DNA from: Bacteroidia bacterium | GTDB taxonomy: Bacteria > Bacteroidota > Bacteroidia > Flavobacteriales > Flavobacteriaceae | DNA: 52,329 nt | Assembly: GCA_030431085.1 (NCBI GenBank) | Contig: JAUIJW010000001.1 | Location: 1 to 52,329, forward strand | Reading direction: 5' to 3' | Part shown: piece after piece, positions 36,592 to 45,389 of the stretch | Layout of the letters: every line of letters starts with the position of its first letter | Position numbering within the stretch: the first letter of the stretch is position 1 | Program-made: the position numbers and the translations under genes | The notes under the pieces: generated by a model | Seen by the model: only the letters and a program-made list of their open reading frames with translations | Databases searched by the model: none | Told to the model about the DNA's origin: nothing

Positions 36592-39537
36592 TTAAAATGT
36601 CACATTAAGACCTAATCCAAATCTTCTAGGAACAGGGTATCCTAAGCTTACAAAACCGTATTGGGTGTTACCATTACTAATATCATTAATGGTAGGGTCA
36701 ACACCAGTAAATTTTGTAAATGTTAATAGATTATCTCCTGTTAAGAAAAGGTTCATTCCACTTAAACCAATACGATCTAAGGCAGGTTTAGGGAGGTTAT
36801 AAGATAGTCTCACGTTATTTAGTCTTAAATAACTACCATCTTCAAGGTAACGGGTAGAGGTTTGGTTGCTACCTTCATACCCACCAACTCTTGGTTTAGG
36901 ATGTGTTGCCACATCACCTGGGCGCTGCCATCTTGTCCATCCATTTGGTAATACCATTTGGTTATATTGAAGGTAGAATCCATCAGAGTCAAATAAATTT
37001 CGTGAAGAATTATATAGCTCTGCTCCATAGGAAAAACTCCAATTAGAACTTAAAGAGAAGCCTTTATATCTAATGTTAGTATTAAACCCGCCAATAAAAT
37101 CAGCATTAGAGCTACCTGCTATTTGTACAGTAGCATCGTTATAAGAACTTGTTGTTGAACTTTCACCTGTGTCTGGATCGATTACTTCGTAAACTGGAGA
37201 TCCATTAGCAGGATCAACACCTAACCATTTTCTCATATAGAAGGTCCCTAGTTCTTCACCTTCTCTAATGATAGTAGATCCGCTAATAATGTCGGCACCA
37301 TCAGCCAGCTCTTCAACAGTGTTGTTGTTAAGACTAATATTAAACCCAACGTTGATGCCAAAGTCTTCATTATTAACAATATCTGCAGCCATAGCTAATT
37401 CTACCCCTTTGTTGTTTATAGAACCAATATTCTCCCATCGACCACTATATCCTGTTTGATCTGATAGTCTTCTAAAGTAGAGTAGACCTGAATTATCTTT
37501 ATCGTAAACTTCTAAGGTGAGGTCTATCGCATTAAAGAATCTAGCGTCTAGACCAATGTTTGTTTCTAGAACCTTTTCCCAGGTTAAATCGGGAGTTCCT
37601 AATTGTGATGGTTTTGCCGCAATGATACCCGCATATTGAAATCTTACATCATACAAGTCTAAATAGCCAAAACCACCAGGTTGATTTCCTACGGCGCCAT
37701 AACTAGCTCGTAATTTTAAGTAATCAATTTGGTCTACATTAAAAAAGGCCTCTTTATTGATATTCCAACCAGCGGCGATAGAGTAAAATACACCATATCG
37801 ATAGTCTGGGGCAAAGGCTGATGAGCCATCAACTCTTACAGAACCTTTTACAAAATACCTACCATCAAAATCATAGTCTGCCGAAAATAGAAAAGATTGT
37901 TGTGCAAACTCGCCAGCATTTCCACCTATTACTGCAGGCTCAATACCAACATCTTGAACTTTTCCATTTACAAGTACGTTTTCTGAAGTTGCCGAAACGC
38001 TTTTCCAACTACCATCATTATATTCATAGGCAAGTAAAGCATTAAAGATGTGTTTGTCGTTAAACACATTAGAATATTTTAACATCTGATTGGTAAACCT
38101 TGTTAAGTTTCTATAGGTATAATCGTTGATAGATCCGTTTGTTGTTCTTCCTGCATTTGATCTTGGATCTGTATAAGTAAAAGACTCATAAGTGCCATAT
38201 CTGAAGTTGTTGGTTGAAATAAAGCTTAAATTAGGCAGTATTTTATACTCAAAATCAAAACTTGTAAATAAGTCGAATGATCTAGAGTCAAAATAGTTCC
38301 ATTGTTGGTCAAATAAATAATTACTCTTATCTCTACCAATCCAATCATCTCCTTGAGAGAGGGTTGCATTCACCACAGAGCCATCTTCTGCATATGGTAA
38401 ATCCCATGGCATATTGGTATAAGCTTGATATAAATTGGCCTCTCTTACATTATCTCTATTATCGAAGACAAAATTAATTTTAGGCTTAATTGTGAATTTA
38501 TCAGAAATTTTGTAATCTAAATTTGTTCTAAAAGTGTATCTGTCAAGTTCGTTACCTTTAACAGTACCTTCTTCATTATAATAACCCATTGATAAAAATA
38601 GGTTGTGACTTTCTTTTGCCGAGTTAAAACTTATTGAAGCATCTTTAACAAATGCGTCTTGAGTGGCACCATCTACCCAATCGTAATCTCTATCTAACAA
38701 GTCTTCTGTAAACCAAGTATTGGTGTTACCGAGCTCTGTATGGTAATCGTATAATTGTTGAGAGTTCATCAATTTAAAATTACCTGGGTTAAATTGATTT
38801 ACCGCAGACGTAATTGAGACTTGAACCTGTGGTTTAGCGTCAATTTTACTTCTTTTTGTGGTGACAAGAATTACACCGTTTGCACCTCTATTTCCATATA
38901 GAGCAGTAGCAGAGGCATCTTTTAAAACGGAAAGACTTTCAATGTCATTAGGATTGAGTTTTGGGTCGTTATTACCCATGATTACCCCATCTACAACCCA
39001 TAAAGGTGCATTGGTTGAGTTGATTGAGGATCTACCTCTAATAAGAATATTAGGAGACGATCCAGGAGAACCTGTACCTGGTAAAACCTGTAATCCAGAA
39101 ACCTTACCTTGTAGCATACTTGCAACTTCTGGTGTAGTAATATCCGTTAGTTCTTCTGATTTTACCTCAACAACTGATGAGGTTATGGTTTCCTTTTTTT
39201 GCGTACCATAAGCAACTACAATTACCTCATCAAGTTGATCACTATCTAGCTCTAGAGAAATTGTAAAATTGGATTGGCTGCCTACAGTTATGGCTTGGGA
39301 AATATAACCCATATAAGAAATTTCTAAAATATCTGTGTTCTTAGCAGAAATAATAAAATTACCATCTAAGTCTGTTGATACCCCAGATGTTGTGCCCTTG
39401 ACCAGTATTGAAGCACCAGGTAAAGGACTTCCATTTTCATCTAAAACAGTTCCTTGAACATTTTTAGATTGTGCTTGTAGCAACTGCGTAAAGCACAGTA
39501 TTACTACAAAGAAGCAAGTGGTTACTAATTGTTTCAT
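36592..39537 (-). CDS. SusC/RagA TonB-dependent transporter
   Basis: Signal peptide; LNPNDIESLSVLKDASATALYGNRGANGVILVTTK plug motif; YLEDGSYLRL; terminal Phe. Confidence 0.96.
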   Translation of the reverse strand: MKQLVTTCFFVVILCFTQLLQAQSKNVQGTVLDENGSPLPGASILVKGTTSGVSTDLDGNFIISAKNTDILEISYMGYISQAITVGSQSNFTISLELDSDQLDEVIVVAYGTQKKETITSSVVEVKSEELTDITTPEVASMLQGKVSGLQVLPGTGSPGSSPNILIRGRSSINSTNAPLWVVDGVIMGNNDPKLNPNDIESLSVLKDASATALYGNRGANGVILVTTKRSKIDAKPQVQVSITSAVNQFNPGNFKLMNSQQLYDYHTELGNTNTWFTEDLLDRDYDWVDGATQDAFVKDASISFNSAKESHNLFLSMGYYNEEGTVKGNELDRYTFRTNLDYKISDKFTIKPKINFVFDNRDNVREANLYQAYTNMPWDLPYAEDGSVVNATLSQGDDWIGRDKSNYLFDQQWNYFDSRSFDLFTSFDFEYKILPNLSFISTNNFRYGTYESFTYTDPRSNAGRTTNGSINDYTYRNLTRFTNQMLKYSNVFNDKHIFNALLAYEYNDGSWKSVSATSENVLVNGKVQDVGIEPAVIGGNAGEFAQQSFLFSADYDFDGRYFVKGSVRVDGSSAFAPDYRYGVFYSIAAGWNINKEAFFNVDQIDYLKLRASYGAVGNQPGGFGYLDLYDVRFQYAGIIAAKPSQLGTPDLTWEKVLETNIGLDARFFNAIDLTLEVYDKDNSGLLYFRRLSDQTGYSGRWENIGSINNKGVELAMAADIVNNEDFGINVGFNISLNNNTVEELADGADIISGSTIIREGEELGTFYMRKWLGVDPANGSPVYEVIDPDTGESSTTSSYNDATVQIAGSSNADFIGGFNTNIRYKGFSLSSNWSFSYGAELYNSSRNLFDSDGFYLQYNQMVLPNGWTRWQRPGDVATHPKPRVGGYEGSNQTSTRYLEDGSYLRLNNVRLSYNLPKPALDRIGLSGMNLFLTGDNLLTFTKFTGVDPTINDISNGNTQYGFVSLGYPVPRRFGLGLNVTF

Positions 39538-39555
39538 AAAATTAATTTAATAGAG

Positions 39556-40920
39556 TTAATAAGTATCTTTTATCCAATTATAGGCTCTTCTTTTTACCCA
39601 CATACCTCTTGTGAAATCAGGAAAATCTTGAGGCTCCCCGTTATTTTCAATAGATAATTCTGAGAGAGGTGTTACGGCACTCCATGCCGCAGCATCATAG
39701 GCATCCATAGGAGGAGCAATATTTTCTTTAGCTGATTCAACAAAAGCATTTAATACAAAAAAGTCAATCCCACCATGACCTGCTTCTGTAGCTGAAGCCC
39801 CATACTTTTTCCATAACGGATGGTCGTATTCTTTTAGCCAACTATCCATTTTGTCCCAAGCGTGAGGTTTGGTTCGCCCTTCTATATGAATTCTTTGTGT
39901 ATGGTAATCAAAATCGGCCACACCTTGTGCACCTTGAACTTGAAACCCTAAAGAGTATGGTCTTGGAGAATTAACATCGTGTGTCACAATGATAGTCTCA
40001 CCTTTAGCGGTTTCAATAGTAGAAGTGATAATATCTCCTTGTTTCCATTTTAATTTAGCATTTGGGTGGTTGGCACCGCCGTTCTCTACGATATACTTAT
40101 TAAGTCCTACCGCTTTGGTGGCGTGAGAGGTTAGTGATACAAATCTGTTGCCTCTATTTACATCGGCCATGACAGCAACTGGACCTAAGCCATGAGTTGG
40201 GTACACATCGGCATTTCTAAGTAATGAATGCTGTGTTCTCCATCTGGCTTCTGAAATTCCTTTTTCACCAAATTCAACTCCTTTGCCATAAGCAGTTTTA
40301 CCATCATTGAATTTTACATGACGTAAATCGTGTTTATAACCACATCTAAAATGAAGCAACTCACCAAACACATTTTGTTTAACCATATTTAATACAGCTA
40401 AAACATCTCTTCGATAATTTACATTCTCTAAAATCATTAGGTGTGAACCTGTTTGTTCATGCGTATTTACCAAATCCCAACATTCTTCTAAGGTATTGGC
40501 TGCAGACACTTCTAACCCGGTATATTTTCCTGCCTTCATTGAATCTACTGCCATTCTAGTATGCCACAACCAAGGTGTAGAAATCACAACCGCATCAACT
40601 TCGTCTAACTCTAACAATGTGCGATAATCATAATCAGACTTACCATATACTTTTGGTTTCTTAAATCCGGCCTTTTTGATTTTATCAAGAGCAATATCAA
40701 TTCGATTCGAATCAATATCACAGATAGCGGCAATATTTACATCTTTTCTCTGTAAAGCATTGTTGAGGTGGTTTGTGCCACGTAAGCCAACACCTATAAA
40801 TGCGATGTTTAATTTTTTGGTACTGTTAAATAAAGATGTTCCGAATGATAGATTGGGAAGTAGTGAAATTCCAGCAGATACTGATGCTGCTTTTTTTACA
40901 AAATCTCTTCTTGAATTCAT
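39556..40920 (-). CDS. GH109 NAD+-dependent alpha-N-acetylgalactosaminidase (Gfo/Idh/MocA fold), Tat-exported
   Basis: Twin-arginine SRRDFVK; GVGLRG; TPWLWH; LENVNY; Y.HDLR; YPTHGLGP; GHGGIDF; FPDFTRG. Confidence 0.9.
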   Translation of the reverse strand: MNSRRDFVKKAASVSAGISLLPNLSFGTSLFNSTKKLNIAFIGVGLRGTNHLNNALQRKDVNIAAICDIDSNRIDIALDKIKKAGFKKPKVYGKSDYDYRTLLELDEVDAVVISTPWLWHTRMAVDSMKAGKYTGLEVSAANTLEECWDLVNTHEQTGSHLMILENVNYRRDVLAVLNMVKQNVFGELLHFRCGYKHDLRHVKFNDGKTAYGKGVEFGEKGISEARWRTQHSLLRNADVYPTHGLGPVAVMADVNRGNRFVSLTSHATKAVGLNKYIVENGGANHPNAKLKWKQGDIITSTIETAKGETIIVTHDVNSPRPYSLGFQVQGAQGVADFDYHTQRIHIEGRTKPHAWDKMDSWLKEYDHPLWKKYGASATEAGHGGIDFFVLNAFVESAKENIAPPMDAYDAAAWSAVTPLSELSIENNGEPQDFPDFTRGMWVKRRAYNWIKDTY

Positions 40921-41163
40921 TTTGATTAATTTATTTGTGTAAAAGTGGATGTTTTTTCATTATAGGATATCATTGATTTTAATCAAAAAGGGTTGTTTTT
41001 ATAGTCATACAGAGGTAATGACTAATAATTGCACCATTTTGAAAAAAATGAACACCTATTATGAGATGAACTGATGATTACGCAGTAGACAGACTAAAAT
41101 ATATTGATACCTTTACGAAGGCTAAAATATGTTGAAGTCTTTTTATAAAATGAAAACTGTACG

Positions 41164-44100
41164 ATGCGTTGTAGTAAGTCGAAAAATAAATTATTACTTA
41201 TTCTTTTTTTTTATTTGACCATTTTTTCTTTTGGTCAAAATGATATCAACTTCAAACATATTGTTCCCCAAATTAATAATAGAAATGTTTTTATAAGTCA
41301 GACAACACAGGACGCCTTAGGTAATATTTGGATGATTTCTGGTGGAGGTGTACTTAAGTATAATGGATATAGTTATCATTTTATTTCAAAAGAAGAAATT
41401 TTTACTAGTATTTCTTCAGAAGATGGCATTGATTATTTTGTGGCAGATCAAGATAGAAATATATGGATTAAAACCAATCGTGGTTTATTAGCCCAATACA
41501 ATTTTAGCCAAGGAACCTTTATAGACTACTCTTCATTGTTTAAATCGCCTGTTAACGTCATTAATTCAAAAGATAACAGCCTTTGGGTAGTGACATCTAA
41601 TGGTAACCTATACTACTTAAAAGATGCCAATGCCGAAATGATAGCGACGATACCAAATATAAATGGAATTGATCTTAAGGCACAAAGTATAGAATTTGGT
41701 AATACACAAGAGGTTTATATTAGTACCGATAAGGGTAAGATTTATAATTACTCTGTTAAAAGCAAGAGGCTAAGTGAGCTTACTGGGCCATTTACAGATT
41801 ATCCGACACCTGTATTTTTACAGGCCGATAATTTTGACCGATTATGGATTGGTACAGAAGCTTTCGGATTGCTGATTTACGATATTCAAAGCAAGACCTT
41901 TATTCAAAATGAGTTTTTTAAAGAAAATGCAGCAGCCATTAGTAAAGAACTTTTCCTAAATCTATTTTTAGATAGTAAGGATAATATTTGGGGAGGAACA
42001 GACGGTGATGGGCTCTACAAAATCAATAGTAAAACAGGCGAAATAAATATTTACAAAAAAGAAAATGCCAACGAGTTTTCTTTAAGCAGCAATACTATTT
42101 TAAATATAAATGAAGATAACCAACACAACATTTGGGCAGTTACAAAATATGGTACTATTGATGTAGTGCCTCAATCAAACCAAAATGTACATTATCATAA
42201 GGGTTCGGCCAATAACAGACCTGTAGAGGTTTTGAGTATGTTTAAAAGTAAAGCTGGTAAATTATGGATTGGTACAGATGGAGAAGGGCTAACTATAGTT
42301 GATGAAAGCGCTGGGTTACCAAAACAATTTTTTAATGAAGACAATCATCGCTTTTATGTACAATCAATAACAGAGGATGACGAAGAAAACATTTGGTTTG
42401 GAACCTATAAAAATGGATTGTGGCGGTACGACGTTAAACAAAATACTTTTAAGCGTATACCTGTTGTTAACAATAAAAATCAACAAGCTACAGATGTAAG
42501 AACCGTTTTTAAAGACTCTAAAAACAGAATTTGGGTAGGCTCTAATGTTGCCCTCAACCTATATAATACGCGTAAACAGCTAATAGCAAGTTTTAGAAAT
42601 CACGAACATGGCTTAAAAGGATATATTGCAGAAAGTATAATTGAAGATGATAATCAAAATATATGGATAGGGATACAGGGTGGCGGCTTATTTAAATTCA
42701 ATGAAGATTTAAATAATATACGGCATTCATCTTTTACAAACTTTAAAAACGACTTTAATGAAAACATGCCAAGGGTAACATCAATGTGTATAGGCAAACC
42801 TAATGAAATATGGTTTGTAAATGGGTTTTCAAAACTAGTTATGTTTAATACTGAATTGGAAAAATTCTTAGATTTTAACCATATAAATTCATTAAAGACA
42901 AGCGTAGTAAATGGTTTGACAATTCAAGATCCAAACAATTTGTGGTTAAGTACTACCAATGGGATACTTCATTTTAATCGAGAAAAGGAAATAGTTAAGA
43001 CGTATTATACAACAGATGGATTTCAAAGTAACTCCTTTATGTATAGAAGTGTGTATAAAGATAAGGACGGTCTTTTATATTTTGGCAGTAAAGAAGGCTT
43101 TAACTATTTTAATCCTAAAAGATTAACCAAACAAAAAGCAGATGCGAGGTTGTTTATAAATGATATTAGGGTGTTGAACAAACCGGCTAAGGTTATATTG
43201 CCAGAGCAAATAACATCAGATATTTTCAACCTAAAAGAGCTTCGTTTAAAGAATAGTCAATCATCGTTTTCAATCAAATTCTCGGCTATTGGCAATATTT
43301 TAAATCCCAACTTTTCTTACTCTTATAAATTAAAAGGTTTTGATCAAGATTGGAAAACGACAAACCTTGAGGGACTGGCGACATATACCAATGTGCCTCC
43401 AGGAAATTACACTTTTGAAATCAAGGCTTACGAAATGAATGAAGATACCTTAATTTCTACCAAGAAATTAGGAATAAAGATTGATAATCCCTTATGGAAT
43501 TCACCATTAGCGTATGGTTTGTATGTTATATTACTAGGTTTATTAGTTTATGGTGCAATGAAATGGTATTCTTTAAGAAAAAAATTATTAATTAGTAAAA
43601 TAAGTAGACGTAAGGAAAACGAACTATATGAGGCTAAGATGAATTTCTTCACAAAAATGTCTCACGAAATACAAACTCCAATTACTTTAATTCTAGGTCC
43701 AATTGAAGATATGTTAAAACGTGCAGAATTAAATGGCAACATGCTATTAAAAGAACGTTTAAGTATTATATCTAACAATGCCCTAAGGTTGTCTAGAATA
43801 GCCCGAGAGCTAACCTTAACGAGAAATAGAGAATTAAATAGGTTAAAATTATCGGTAACATCAAACGACCTGTATTTAGATATAAGTAAAGTGTGTTTGT
43901 CGTTTAAGGAATTGGCTAGAAGTAAAAAAATTGACTTTTCTATCAATTGTCCCAAAAATTTAACCGATGCTTGGTACGATAAAGAAAAATTAGAACATAT
44001 ATTATACAACTTACTTTCTAATGCTTTTAAATACACACCTTCGGAAGGTAATGTGCAATTATCGGTGCTTCCATTACGAAAAAAAAATGCAATTAAAATT

Positions 44101-45258
44101 TCGATAACGGACTCTGGGCAGGGCATAGAAAAAGAGGAGCTTAAAAATATCTTTAAAATATTCTACAGATCAGAAAATAATACTGATGCCAATGGTGCTG
44201 GCATAGGTTTGGCTCTTACTAAAGAATTAGTTACACTTCATAAAGGTAAAATTAAAGTAAATAGTAAATCTGGTGAAGGCGCTACGTTTACGGTTAAAAT
44301 TCCGATATCTGAAGACAGTTACGCAGATAATGAAAAAATAACATCGAGCCAAAAGAGTACAACCTTATTGAGTGTAAATGAAGCAATCGTCAATGAGCAA
44401 AATAATGGGCATGATAATACAAAAAAAACAATACTTATTGTTGAAGATAATTTTGAGCTGCAAAGTTTTGTAAAGGGCTTATTTCAAGATCAATATAATA
44501 TTCTGTTGGCAGAGAACGGTAAAGAAGGATTTTATCATGCGAAGAATAATATTCCAGACTTAATTATAAGTGATATCATGATGCCAGAAATGGATGGCAT
44601 TGAAATGTGTAAAGCTCTAAATGACAATAAGTTAACAATGCACATTCCTATTGTTTTACTTACCGCTAAAAATTCTACCAAAGCAAAAATTGAAGGACTT
44701 GAAACAGGGGCTATAGAATATATTAATAAACCGTTTAACACTAATGAGCTTTTGTTAAAGGTTAATAATATACTTACTTCAAAAGAGAATATTATTTCTA
44801 AATACCGTAAAGAACTTATTAATAAGCCAGAAATTAAAATAAATAAATCTCAAGATGAAATTTTCTTAGAAAAGCTGGTTTCAATTGTTAATGAACGATT
44901 AAAAGATTCTACGTTTAAAGTAGATGATTTGGCAGAGATATTAAATATGAGTCATTCAAGCCTATATAGAAAATGCTTGTCAATCACAGGATTAAAACTT
45001 GTAGATTTCATCAAATCGATAAGGCTTAAAAAAGCAGCGGTTCTTATGTCGCAGTACGGATATACCATATCTGAAACAGCTTATATGGTTGGATTTAATG
45101 ATCCAAAATACTTTTCAAAAAGCTTTAAAAGACACTTCTCTGTTACACCAAAAGAATTTAAGCAAAGGGCTAGTTCTAGTCCAGACATTGAAAGCTTTTT
45201 AAAAGAATATGGTATAGATGCTAACCACCATATGGATGGAATGAACAAAATCAATTAA
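41164..45258 (+). CDS. Hybrid two-component system (beta-propeller/Y_Y_Y sensor, HisKA, HATPase, REC, AraC HTH)
   Basis: Reg_prop repeats (WIGTDG), YTNVPPGNYTF, TM helix, SHEIQTP, NLLSNAFKY, GIGL, DIMMP, GFNDPKYFSKSFK; divergent from GH109-SusCD. Confidence 0.96.
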   Translation: MRCSKSKNKLLLILFFYLTIFSFGQNDINFKHIVPQINNRNVFISQTTQDALGNIWMISGGGVLKYNGYSYHFISKEEIFTSISSEDGIDYFVADQDRNIWIKTNRGLLAQYNFSQGTFIDYSSLFKSPVNVINSKDNSLWVVTSNGNLYYLKDANAEMIATIPNINGIDLKAQSIEFGNTQEVYISTDKGKIYNYSVKSKRLSELTGPFTDYPTPVFLQADNFDRLWIGTEAFGLLIYDIQSKTFIQNEFFKENAAAISKELFLNLFLDSKDNIWGGTDGDGLYKINSKTGEINIYKKENANEFSLSSNTILNINEDNQHNIWAVTKYGTIDVVPQSNQNVHYHKGSANNRPVEVLSMFKSKAGKLWIGTDGEGLTIVDESAGLPKQFFNEDNHRFYVQSITEDDEENIWFGTYKNGLWRYDVKQNTFKRIPVVNNKNQQATDVRTVFKDSKNRIWVGSNVALNLYNTRKQLIASFRNHEHGLKGYIAESIIEDDNQNIWIGIQGGGLFKFNEDLNNIRHSSFTNFKNDFNENMPRVTSMCIGKPNEIWFVNGFSKLVMFNTELEKFLDFNHINSLKTSVVNGLTIQDPNNLWLSTTNGILHFNREKEIVKTYYTTDGFQSNSFMYRSVYKDKDGLLYFGSKEGFNYFNPKRLTKQKADARLFINDIRVLNKPAKVILPEQITSDIFNLKELRLKNSQSSFSIKFSAIGNILNPNFSYSYKLKGFDQDWKTTNLEGLATYTNVPPGNYTFEIKAYEMNEDTLISTKKLGIKIDNPLWNSPLAYGLYVILLGLLVYGAMKWYSLRKKLLISKISRRKENELYEAKMNFFTKMSHEIQTPITLILGPIEDMLKRAELNGNMLLKERLSIISNNALRLSRIARELTLTRNRELNRLKLSVTSNDLYLDISKVCLSFKELARSKKIDFSINCPKNLTDAWYDKEKLEHILYNLLSNAFKYTPSEGNVQLSVLPLRKKNAIKISITDSGQGIEKEELKNIFKIFYRSENNTDANGAGIGLALTKELVTLHKGKIKVNSKSGEGATFTVKIPISEDSYADNEKITSSQKSTTLLSVNEAIVNEQNNGHDNTKKTILIVEDNFELQSFVKGLFQDQYNILLAENGKEGFYHAKNNIPDLIISDIMMPEMDGIEMCKALNDNKLTMHIPIVLLTAKNSTKAKIEGLETGAIEYINKPFNTNELLLKVNNILTSKENIISKYRKELINKPEIKINKSQDEIFLEKLVSIVNERLKDSTFKVDDLAEILNMSHSSLYRKCLSITGLKLVDFIKSIRLKKAAVLMSQYGYTISETAYMVGFNDPKYFSKSFKRHFSVTPKEFKQRASSSPDIESFLKEYGIDANHHMDGMNKIN

Positions 45259-45362
45259 ATCATAATAACATAAATAATGAATTGCTTTGTGTTTCTAATA
45301 TATATGATATTACGGATCAATATATGCCCTATTTATGATGAAAAAGTACACTTGATACCATA

Positions 45363-45370
45363 TAAATTTG
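45363..45370 (+). promoter_or_regulatory. -7 promoter element of the O-glycopeptidase gene
   Basis: TAAATTTG 19 nt before the GTG start. Confidence 0.55.
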
Positions 45371-45389
45371 GAACTTAAAAATTTTCAAA

